A stretch of 64,000 nt of DNA, from the IMG/VR virus record IMGVR_UViG_3300008255_000099, positions 64,001 through 128,000 of that record. One strand, written 5' to 3'. The stretch comes from a virus. The position numbers and the translations under genes are program-made. Each line of letters begins with the position of its first letter. Position 1 is the first letter of the stretch. The notes below the pieces were generated by a model. It was not told the origin of the DNA, did no database searches, and saw only the letters and a program-made list of their open reading frames with translations. Shown here piece after piece: positions 1 to 7,048 of this stretch.

Positions 1-75
1 AACAAACAATATCGAAGACCATTTCTAAAAAATAATTTAGCAAATGAAGATCTTATAAACAATTTTTATAAATGA
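1..75 (+). CDS. 3' end of a gene truncated by the window edge
   Basis: Frame 1 is open from base 1 to TGA at 73-75 (NKQYRRPFLKNNLANEDLINNFYK) and is followed by a terminator-like palindrome. Confidence 0.4.
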   Translation, partial: NKQYRRPFLKNNLANEDLINNFYK

Positions 76-90
76 TTTGAAAATAATTAG

Positions 91-128
91 AAAAATAACC
101 CAGAGAAAATTTTCTCTGGGTTATTTTT
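91..128. terminator. Perfect 38-bp palindrome, probable bidirectional intrinsic terminator
   Basis: aaaaataacccagagaaaa|ttttctctgggttattttt with A/T tails, directly after the stop at 75. Confidence 0.75.
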
Positions 129-181
129 GCTTTGCATAATTTAATTCTACCAAAATTCCAGCCAAAGGACAGAGCTATCTA

Positions 182-190
182 TGGTATAAT
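182..190 (+). promoter_or_regulatory. Extended -10 sigma70-type promoter
   Basis: TGG-TATAAT about 80 bp upstream of ORF 267. Confidence 0.5.
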
Positions 191-266
191 AGCTACCAAG
201 AGCAAGTATTAATTATTCTCTCGGTGACAGAATCTAGATAGTGGAATTCTTCGAAAGAAAAAAATC

Positions 267-617
267 ATGTTAACACCAAGTCAAGTCGAACAAAAATACC
301 ATGAAGTAAAAAGAAAACTTGTCGAAAAAGTAAATTTGCCAGGTAAATTTCAAGAAAGCCTTGATCAACAATTAATCAACAATTTTAAAGATAGACGCAT
401 ATTTTCGTTTACTTGGCTTTACTTCATTCCTGTCTATTTCCCAAGTCTCAACCTTTCAGAACTTCAAGAAGAAATTAGTTTTGATGAAATCATCAAAATT
501 TTACAATTGAGCGATTATGCAAATTATTGGAAAATTTCGACAAGATATTTCAATGACACGAATGGTGCTTCAAAAAAAGTGATTGGGTTTGAACCAATTT
601 TTGCGCCAAAAGGTTAG
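267..617 (+). CDS. Hypothetical protein
   Basis: 116-aa ORF downstream of a promoter, first of three co-oriented ORFs. Confidence 0.6.
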   Translation: MLTPSQVEQKYHEVKRKLVEKVNLPGKFQESLDQQLINNFKDRRIFSFTWLYFIPVYFPSLNLSELQEEISFDEIIKILQLSDYANYWKISTRYFNDTNGASKKVIGFEPIFAPKG

Positions 618-652
618 AAATCAACAAAAGCTAGAAACTGTGAAGAATCCTC

Positions 653-1132
653 TTGGAATGGTATTGTATGGTTTTTTTAAGTAAAAAACAAAATTTACGA
701 ACACTTGCGAGAATGTTTTATGATCTTGGGTTGAACCCAAGAACAAATTCGCAAGAATCGGTTGAAAATGTCTTAAAAATTTTAGATAATTACAATCAAT
801 CAAAATATATAATAACAAATCCGTCTGTTTTTGAAAATTCAATCCTATTTCGTAGATCTATTATTTATCTTCAACCTTTTCAAGAGTTTAAAATTACTTT
901 TCTATATTTTTTAGATAGAGAATTTATTCATTATTTAGCGTGGGCTAATGAAAAATACTATAAATATCTTGATGTAATCGATTTTTATCACAAAAATCTA
1001 AAAAAATTTGACAGAGAAACAAGCGGAAAAAGACTCAAAACAAACCGGCAAATAAGCCTCGCAAGAGTTCCAGAAGAACAACCAAATGAAAGAAGTTGTT
1101 CGTTTGCTAAAGAAAAAGCAAAAGGAGATTAA
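653..1132 (+). CDS. Hypothetical protein
   Basis: 159-aa ORF abutting the next ORF; its 3' end supplies the AAGGAG RBS of 1133. Confidence 0.6.
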   Translation: MEWYCMVFLSKKQNLRTLARMFYDLGLNPRTNSQESVENVLKILDNYNQSKYIITNPSVFENSILFRRSIIYLQPFQEFKITFLYFLDREFIHYLAWANEKYYKYLDVIDFYHKNLKKFDRETSGKRLKTNRQISLARVPEEQPNERSCSFAKEKAKGD

Positions 1133-1537
1133 ATGAATAAACTAATAAGAGATTCAAGAATGAGTCTAAATAAACATGAAGCTGAATTTATAATTATTAG
1201 AGGCAAAGAAGTTATAGTAGATTTAAATATAATACCTCTAATTAAATATCTAAATAAAGACATGAATATAGAAACTATATACTCATGTGAAGGTGACGAT
1301 GAGTATAAGGATGGACAAATTGCTACACCATATGTCCTTTTAAAATGCTTAACTTTAACTTCTTTTAAAAATCTTCTAAAAATATTTAGAGATGCAAAAA
1401 AAATAGAAACTTTAGAAGATTTAGAAGACTTATCAAATCGTTGTCATGTTAGATTAGACGACGATGATAATTTGATAGTTAATGTTAATTTTGATTCTAA
1501 AAAAGATCTATTAGAATTAATAAACACTCTTAAATAA
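1133..1537 (+). CDS. Hypothetical phage protein with a TYW3-like N-terminal motif
   Basis: AAGGAG RBS; VDLNIIPLIKYLN...IETIYSCEG resembles the ID..I.PL...LN...T..SC.G pattern of TYW3-like phage proteins; the family call is tentative. Confidence 0.55.
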   Translation: MNKLIRDSRMSLNKHEAEFIIIRGKEVIVDLNIIPLIKYLNKDMNIETIYSCEGDDEYKDGQIATPYVLLKCLTLTSFKNLLKIFRDAKKIETLEDLEDLSNRCHVRLDDDDNLIVNVNFDSKKDLLELINTLK

Positions 1538-1547
1538 ATAAACAAAT

Positions 1548-1964
1548 CTAAATTTCCGGCCACAACCCACGACGATGTAAATCAAGAAGAAATTCTGATG
1601 CTTTTCGTTTTGCCGAGACAATGCCCAAAGTTCTTTCTGTGGCTTTATCTAATTCGGCCATAACACGATCTGGGAAAATATGTTCATCCCTTTCTAAAAC
1701 ATCAATTCTACGCTCAATTGCCTGTTGCCTAATTGGTTCAGAATCGTTTGCTTGAATCAACTGATTTAAAATTTCTTCAAAAGAAGAATGATTTGCCATT
1801 TCGACTAAATGATTTGCTCTATCATAAGCTACACCGCTTGAAAAGAATCCCTTCTCAATCAATGGCTCAAAAAAAACCTTGAAAACTTCATTACGAATTT
1901 CAAGTAATGTCATTTTTTCGTGTTTGTTATTAAAATTTTCATCAATTGCAAGTTTAAACCACAT
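1548..1964 (-). CDS. Hypothetical protein with MW(F/L)KLA N-terminal leader (putative head-targeted protein)
   Basis: 138-aa ORF beginning MWFKLAI; the leader is shared with 30804, 33090 and 33764. Confidence 0.7.
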   Translation of the reverse strand: MWFKLAIDENFNNKHEKMTLLEIRNEVFKVFFEPLIEKGFFSSGVAYDRANHLVEMANHSSFEEILNQLIQANDSEPIRQQAIERRIDVLERDEHIFPDRVMAELDKATERTLGIVSAKRKASEFLLDLHRRGLWPEI

Positions 1965-2406
1965 TTTTTCTATTTTTATATCTAATTCCTAGATCTAATA
2001 AGGCTTCTATTTGATCTAAAATAAAATCTGTGGATTTAAATCGGATCAATAAATGTATTAATTTATCTAAAATCTGTATTTTTTCTAATATAACATTAGG
2101 ATCTGGGATTTGACCAATCTCAAGTTTTGTCCTAATATCATAAAATAAATCAAATATTTCAACTAATTTATTGATAAATATCTCTGATGCATTAGATATA
2201 ACTTCGTTTTTAAACAACTTAAAATTAAAAATATCTTCTATTTCTTTTAATAAAATTTTTGTTTGCTGGTTATCATTAGAATTTAAAGAGTTTACAACTT
2301 TTAATGATAACTCTTTTATTGTTTCAATAATATTAATCGCATCATCCACTAATTTAATAGCTTTTTCTGTTAAAATTTTTTCTTGATTATGCATATCTCC
2401 CTCCAA
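1954..2406 (-). CDS. Hypothetical alpha-helical protein
   Basis: 150-aa ORF; SigH-type promoter motif at 2425-2451 upstream. Confidence 0.65.
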   Translation of the reverse strand: MEGDMHNQEKILTEKAIKLVDDAINIIETIKELSLKVVNSLNSNDNQQTKILLKEIEDIFNFKLFKNEVISNASEIFINKLVEIFDLFYDIRTKLEIGQIPDPNVILEKIQILDKLIHLLIRFKSTDFILDQIEALLDLGIRYKNRKNVV

Positions 2407-2424
2407 GTTTCATTTCTCTGTTTC

Positions 2425-2451
2425 ATTTCTCTTTTGATTAATAAAAAACCT
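2425..2451 (-). promoter_or_regulatory. SigH-like promoter (variant)
   Basis: Minus strand AGGT-N18-GAAAT. Confidence 0.4.
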
Positions 2452-2637
2452 TCTGATCAACAAAAAATCTTTAAAATTTTTAAAATCATATGACTAACAT
2501 CACCACAGAGAGGTATAGTCACAAGAGCAAGCCACAACCAGCTAAGAAGGAAGAAAAAACACCAATGATAAGGGAAAGATATATAATTTGTTCAATAATA
2601 TAGGTCTGGCGGTGTGCCGGGGCAGCTAATCAACCAC

Positions 2638-2666
2638 TTGACAAAGACGCCTTGGGGTGGTAGCCT
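2638..2666 (+). promoter_or_regulatory. Sigma70 promoter of the CRISPR mini-array
   Basis: TTGACA (2638-2643), exactly 17 bp, then TAGCCT (2661-2666) preceded by TGG; predicted start near 2673. Confidence 0.75.
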
Positions 2667-2672
2667 AATGCT

Positions 2673-2781
2673 GTTGCCCCGAGGGCAACTGGCCCTCGGG
2701 GCCAAAACCACTATATCTAGTGTTGGACCAAACGACCACAACAGGTTGTGGTTTGAGTGGGAAGACGCTCTAGATGTTGGG
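2673..2781 (+). ncRNA. GC-rich structured leader transcribed ahead of the first repeat
   Basis: 11-bp stem gccccgagggc/gccctcggggc (2676-2702), alternative stem gttgccc/gggcaac, hairpins cacta/tagtg and accacaa/ttgtggt. Confidence 0.45.
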
Positions 2782-3043
2782 GTTGGCTCTCTGCCCGCAG
2801 ATCTAGATCGTGTTTGACGGACAGGATGTCTTATCAGGAGGCGTTGGCTCTCTGCCCGCAGAGCTAGATCCCGCCTAGAGGCCAGCAAGGCCACAGGCAA
2901 AAGGTTGGCTCTCTGCCCGCAGAGCTAGATCGTTCGACACGAGGTTCGGCAACATCTGCGAGCAGTTGGCTCCCTGCCCCCGCAGGGCTAGATCACCGTG
3001 GTCTCGCAGCAATTCGTCGATGTCGAGGTTGGCTACTTGCCCC
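2782..3043 (+). CRISPR. CRISPR mini-array without cas genes: 4 full repeats plus 1 degenerate, 4 spacers of 33 bp
   Basis: Repeat GTTGGCTCTCTGCCCGCAGAGCTAGATC (28 bp) at 2782, 2843 and 2904, a 30-bp variant at 2965, and a truncated copy at 3028; unique spacers at 2810-2842, 2871-2903, 2932-2964 and 2995-3027; internal hairpin CTCTG/CAGAG; 61-bp period as in type I-E-like arrays. Confidence 0.92.
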
Positions 3044-3205
3044 AAACGGAGAATTAATAATAGAAAATAAATTAATCCAATTCGACGAAGAATTAGGTGT
3101 GTTTATTAATTAAATTTAATTTTTTAGAAATATACACAAAAAATGTGTAATTCCCCCACAATTTGTGAAAATTTGTTATATAATTGGTTTATGAGGTGAT
3201 GAATT

Positions 3206-3802
3206 ATGATTCAAAAATGTAAGAGATATAATTTGATGCTTGATGAAGAAGATCAAAATCTTCTAGCTGATGAATGCTCAAAAATGCAAACATCAGTTTC
3301 ATGTATGATTAGGAATTTGATTAAAGATTTTTTGAATGATTTTAAAAAGGAGGAAAAAATGGCTAATTTTAATATTGTTAGAAAAGACTTTGATTCATTA
3401 TTCGACAGAATATTTGATAATAGAATGTTTTCTTTGATAGGGGACGATGCCTTGAGTTCTTTTAATTCATTCCCTGTCGAGGTGAAAGACTGTGGGGAAT
3501 TTTTTGAAGTTTTAGCTGAGGTTCCAGGGGCAAAGAAAGAAGAGATTGATCTTTCAGTTGATAAAAATAATTTGTCAATAATTGTCAATAAATCATCTGT
3601 TGAAACAAAAGAAAATGAAAGAATCCTTTTCTCTGAACTTAGAACAAATTCAAGAATCAGCAGAACATTGCACCTCCCCCAACCCATCGACGAAAACAAA
3701 ATCCAAGCATCGTTGATTTCTGGGTTTTTAAAAATTGTTTTGCCAAAACTTGAAGAAATCCATCTGAAAAGAATAGAAATCAATGAGGTTGAGACAGAGT
3801 GA
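3206..3802 (+). CDS. RHH (CopG/Arc-like) domain fused to small heat-shock protein (Hsp20/alpha-crystallin); internal start at 3359
   Basis: C-terminal EVLAEVPGAKKEEIDLSVDKNNLSI...ISRTLHLPQPIDENKIQASLISGFLKIVLPK is Hsp20; N-terminal KRYNLMLDEEDQNLL...SVSCMIRNLIKDFL has the RHH pattern; GAGGTG RBS before 3206 and AAGGAGG before in-frame ATG 3359. Confidence 0.85.
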   Translation: MIQKCKRYNLMLDEEDQNLLADECSKMQTSVSCMIRNLIKDFLNDFKKEEKMANFNIVRKDFDSLFDRIFDNRMFSLIGDDALSSFNSFPVEVKDCGEFFEVLAEVPGAKKEEIDLSVDKNNLSIIVNKSSVETKENERILFSELRTNSRISRTLHLPQPIDENKIQASLISGFLKIVLPKLEEIHLKRIEINEVETE

Positions 3803-3807
3803 CTTCG

Positions 3808-3839
3808 AAAACTCCCCGGAGATTTCTCCGGGGAGTTTT
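3808..3839. terminator. Bidirectional intrinsic terminator between convergent genes
   Basis: aaaactccccggaga-tt-tctccggggagtttt. Confidence 0.85.
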
Positions 3840-3852
3840 TAATTAAATTCCC

Positions 3853-4806
3853 TCAATCTGCCATTGAAATAAGACCAATTTTTCTAGAATCACGCAAAAC
3901 CATACAAATTTCCTCACAAACAACCATAGCATATTCTTCAACCTCATTCGTTAAAGAAGTATTGCATGTCCATAATTCATTTCTGTCAATTTTGATATCA
4001 ATAAAACCTAATTGAGAAGATTTCGGCAAAACCAAAATCTTACGCTTTGGCATCAATGTGCTCTCAACAACATCGCCAAAATCTTTGAGCCTCTCACTAA
4101 ATTTAAATTCAGTATTAATTAAAAACTTGTCAACATTTCCACCATAACCCTCAATAGTTTCAGAAATTGTTTTGATAATCATATCAAGATCTTTTTCACA
4201 CGCATCCTCCCAACGATGATACTCAGGTTTTTTACCGTTTTTTGCAGCTAAATCTGTAAGAACAGAAGAATAAAGCAACACAATCACTTTCAAATCTTCT
4301 TGCTCATTCAAGCGATTGTTAGCCCTAAACCTTGCTAACTGTGAATAACAAAAACCATAATCTTTCTTCCAACGAGGATTCGTGGCTAAATGAAAATAAA
4401 CAGGTTCAAAAGATTTGTCCGAAGTTGGCCAAAATTTTGGCACGTTAGATGAAGAACAATATTGATAACTTGAAATAAAATCTTCCTCAATTAAACTCTT
4501 AAGATCTGTTTTTGTTGGAGATTTAAATTGAATTCTTTCAGTTTGATTTAAAAGAAGCCCATCCTCATAAACATCAAAAATCTTTCTTGCTAAATTTGGT
4601 GTTTGATCTTGAACTTTCTTTGCTTCTTTATCAGTTAATAAAAAACATCTAATTGAATTGCGAATCAATTGGCTAACTGGCACATCAAATTTTTCAGAAG
4701 ACTTTTTTAAATCATTAAGATAATTTTGCTCAATTCTAAAATTATATTGAACAAGCTCATCATCCTCAATCGCCTCAAAACCTTCAACATTTTCAGCTTC
4801 CGACAT
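3853..4806 (-). CDS. RHH domain fused to a diverged major-capsid-protein paralogue
   Basis: N-terminal VQYNFRIEQNYL...VPVSQLIRNSIRCFL (RHH). The remainder aligns by eye, in order, with MCP 6151-7005: FHLATNP/FEIACNP, RANNRLNEQEDLKV/RAKDSIQRQEDLEV, DVVESTLMPKRKILVL/DIHVSTMVPKNSIYVL, VVCEE/VIYEE. Confidence 0.78.
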   Translation of the reverse strand: MSEAENVEGFEAIEDDELVQYNFRIEQNYLNDLKKSSEKFDVPVSQLIRNSIRCFLLTDKEAKKVQDQTPNLARKIFDVYEDGLLLNQTERIQFKSPTKTDLKSLIEEDFISSYQYCSSSNVPKFWPTSDKSFEPVYFHLATNPRWKKDYGFCYSQLARFRANNRLNEQEDLKVIVLLYSSVLTDLAAKNGKKPEYHRWEDACEKDLDMIIKTISETIEGYGGNVDKFLINTEFKFSERLKDFGDVVESTLMPKRKILVLPKSSQLGFIDIKIDRNELWTCNTSLTNEVEEYAMVVCEEICMVLRDSRKIGLISMAD

Positions 4807-4852
4807 GATTAATCACCTCTTTCTTAAATCCAAACATAGATGAACACAAAGA

Positions 4853-4930
4853 TATAACCAGAGCTATAACCAAAGCTATAACTAAAACTATAACCAGAGC
4901 TATAACCAAAGCTATAACTAAATCTATACA
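4853..4930. repeat. Tandem array of six 12-bp units (2 x 36 bp), candidate operator or iteron array
   Basis: tataaccagagc tataaccaaagc tataactaaaac tataaccagagc tataaccaaagc tataactaaatc; intergenic, between the -10 box and the RBS of the RHH-capsid gene. Confidence 0.85.
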
Positions 4931-4935
4931 AGTGA

Positions 4936-4947
4936 ATTATACACCAA
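4936..4947 (-). promoter_or_regulatory. Sigma70-like -10 promoter of the RHH-capsid paralogue
   Basis: Minus strand TTGGTGTATAAT; an identical 12-mer occurs at 61688-61699 upstream of nrdJ. Confidence 0.6.
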
Positions 4948-4960
4948 TTGCAAAAAACAA

Positions 4961-4995
4961 ACAAAACCCACAAGGAAATTCCTTGTGGGTTTTGT
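4961..4995. terminator. Intrinsic terminator after the homing endonuclease gene
   Basis: acaaaacccacaagga-aat-tccttgtgggttttgt. Confidence 0.8.
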
Positions 4996-5002
4996 TTTTC
5001 AA

Positions 5003-5923
5003 TTATTCTTTATCTAATTCTTTATTTTCTGTGCCATCATCTATAAACTGTTGAATGTTATCAATAATTTCATTTGCCGAATTATTATTCTCAATATTTT
5101 TTGCTAAATCTTTTATTTGTGATAATAGTAAAAATGTTTTTTTATTAATCTTATTTTTAGTTTTAACATGTTTATTTTCTTTTATATCAAATTTATATTC
5201 CATACCCTCTGGTGCAATTAAATTAGGTGATAAAATTTTATAATCTTCTGATGGTATAAACAAAAACCAATGATCTAATGATTGTCTATATTTTTTTTCA
5301 AATGTAACACCAAATTTATCAGAAAAAAATTCACACATTAATGTATGTTCTTCTTCTGTAAAGCAATAAGTAGATATTCTACATCCTTGCCCATGCCTAC
5401 CACCATCATCTGATATTGCCATAGAAAGACCTAAATAATCAATCTTATTTAACCAATATTCAGTAACAACTTTTTTAGTAGAAGATTCATATATTTCATC
5501 ATAAATATTTTTCCAAATTTTATGATATGGAGTATATAATTCCGTTCGTAAACTATCGCCAGATTGCGTGTCATATAGTTTGGGATTCCATCTTTTTAAT
5601 AAATTTGCTTTAAATTCTAATAATGGTCTCTGAACTCTTGTGTGACATTCTCTATAATTATATTCAGTCCCCTTTTGAAGATTTATAGTTCCATCACCTA
5701 ATAAAGAACCATAAACAACTTGTTCTTCTTCATAATTTAATTCGGTTGGTAAATTAAATCTATAAACACTCTTCCTATCTCTTGATGGAAAATCTAAAGT
5801 TTGTAATTTACTTTTAAGAGATATCTTACTTCTACCAAGTTCGGTAGCTATATCTTCTAATGGCATACAATCATCCCACATTTCTCTAAATTTTTTCAAT
5901 TCTTCCTTTGTCCATTCAGCCAT
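5003..5923 (-). CDS. Free-standing two-motif LAGLIDADG homing endonuclease with N-terminal HTH
   Basis: VVYGSLLGDGTI and LGLSMAISDDGG motifs, RISTYCFTEEEH; N-terminal WTKEELKKFREMW...LEDIATELGRS is HTH-like; own TATAAT at 5964-5969 (minus strand). Confidence 0.85.
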   Translation of the reverse strand: MAEWTKEELKKFREMWDDCMPLEDIATELGRSKISLKSKLQTLDFPSRDRKSVYRFNLPTELNYEEEQVVYGSLLGDGTINLQKGTEYNYRECHTRVQRPLLEFKANLLKRWNPKLYDTQSGDSLRTELYTPYHKIWKNIYDEIYESSTKKVVTEYWLNKIDYLGLSMAISDDGGRHGQGCRISTYCFTEEEHTLMCEFFSDKFGVTFEKKYRQSLDHWFLFIPSEDYKILSPNLIAPEGMEYKFDIKENKHVKTKNKINKKTFLLLSQIKDLAKNIENNNSANEIIDNIQQFIDDGTENKELDKE

Positions 5924-6017
5924 AATAATTCACTTTCAAGGACCACTGTCGTGTCCTATTTGGATTATACCTCAATCCTCGGAAAACACCGTAGTCATAA
6001 TTATATTTTTTTTGTTC

Positions 6018-6062
6018 TATGAGGGGATTGGTATGGCTGTTATTAATGATTACCCAAAAGGT
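6018..6062 (+). other. Inverted fragment homologous to the 3' end of the major capsid gene
   Basis: The plus strand reads YEGIGMAVINDY versus MCP YEELGIAVINDY; 27/36 nt identical to the MCP coding strand (6178-6213), with 7 of 9 differences at third codon positions. Confidence 0.85.
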
Positions 6063-6076
6063 AGTTCGTGGTAACA

Positions 6077-6110
6077 AAGAAATCCCCCGGAAGCTTCCGG
6101 GGGATTTCTT
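6077..6110. terminator. Perfect 34-bp palindrome, terminator after MCP
   Basis: aagaaatcccccggaag|cttccgggggatttctt. Confidence 0.85.
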
Positions 6111-6150
6111 ATTCTTTTCAGTCATTGCTTGTTATAAATGATAACATCTT

Positions 6151-7005
6151 CTATCCAATTACTATTTTAGCTGTTGCATAATCATTTATCACGGCAATTC
6201 CAAGCTCCTCGTAAATTACCCATCCTAGTCTTAATGCTTTTGGATCATCTGCTGGAAGAACGGTAATGTCCTGTCTTACCGGCATTGCTCCAACGAATTC
6301 ACCTGGGGCTAAAACATAGATTGAGTTTTTTGGAACCATTGTTGAAACGTGAATGTCTGCGGTCCATAAGTGTCCGTAAAGACCTGACATTAAAACATCT
6401 CTCTGAGTTGCCTCATCGAAAAAGTCTTTCCCCCATGCTCTCACGTCCTTATATCTAAATGGATGGCAAACAATTTTTGCACCGACAAGCTCGTGCTCTT
6501 CGATAAGAGCTAATGCGAGATTTATGTTGTCGGGTGAAAGGTTCCCCGAAACGGTTACTGTATGATCTGTTGATACAGCGACAGAGATTGCTTTGAAAAC
6601 TTCGAGGTCTTCTTGGCGTTGGATGCTGTCTTTTGCTCTCACTTGGGCACGATCTACGATGTAGTATCGTCTTGCTCTGATTTCATTCAACTTGATAGTT
6701 GGATTGCAGGCAATTTCAAAAGTGGGAACTAACAGTTCCTCTGCTTCTACCATCATATCAGGCACAGAACCACGTTTTGGAATAACGTAAGAAGTGACTG
6801 CGATATCTCTTTCATATCTTGGCAAAGCGCCTTGCGGCAGTTCGTCAACCATCAAAAGCTTGCGCCCGATGGCCTGATACTCAAGAGAAATCTTGATTGG
6901 TTCAACCATTGCTTGCGCCAGGGCAACACGGCCTTCGCCGGTTTCCAAAGCTTGTGCAATGATCTCTTCCTTTTGCTCATTGATATTTCTCTTGACAAGA
7001 CTCAT
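6151..7005 (-). CDS. Major capsid protein (HK97 fold)
   Basis: GRVALAQAMVEPIKISLEYQAIGRKLLMVDELPQGALPRYERD, FEIACNP, QEDLEVF and YEELGIAVIN resemble jumbo-phage MCPs; last gene of the protease-scaffold-decoration run; strong AGGAG RBS; followed by a terminator. Confidence 0.85.
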   Translation of the reverse strand: MSLVKRNINEQKEEIIAQALETGEGRVALAQAMVEPIKISLEYQAIGRKLLMVDELPQGALPRYERDIAVTSYVIPKRGSVPDMMVEAEELLVPTFEIACNPTIKLNEIRARRYYIVDRAQVRAKDSIQRQEDLEVFKAISVAVSTDHTVTVSGNLSPDNINLALALIEEHELVGAKIVCHPFRYKDVRAWGKDFFDEATQRDVLMSGLYGHLWTADIHVSTMVPKNSIYVLAPGEFVGAMPVRQDITVLPADDPKALRLGWVIYEELGIAVINDYATAKIVIG

Positions 7006-7048
7006 TTTATTTTCCTCCTAATTCTTTAATTCTTTTTAAGCCTTATTT

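Noticed and set aside
267-2406. Possible cas or Tas genes flanking the array
   Set aside because: Neighbouring ORFs are short and show no RAMP glycine loop, RuvC, HD or Nop motifs that I can recognise
2722-2781. Extra degenerate repeat at 2722 (GTTGGA)
   Set aside because: Only 5 nt match and the spacing is 60 rather than 61; treated as leader
2592-2900. ORFs 2592-2900(-) and 2614-2817(+)
   Set aside because: They overlap the array promoter, leader and repeats; they are by-products of GC-rich non-coding DNA and have no RBS
2782-3043. TIGR-type array or self-targeting spacers
   Set aside because: There is a single repeat type with 33-bp spacers, no box C/D pattern, and no spacer match noticed in this AT-rich window (by eye only)
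5916-6125. 69-aa ORF between MCP and the endonuclease
   Set aside because: It runs through the terminator palindrome and the endonuclease promoter, so it is probably spurious
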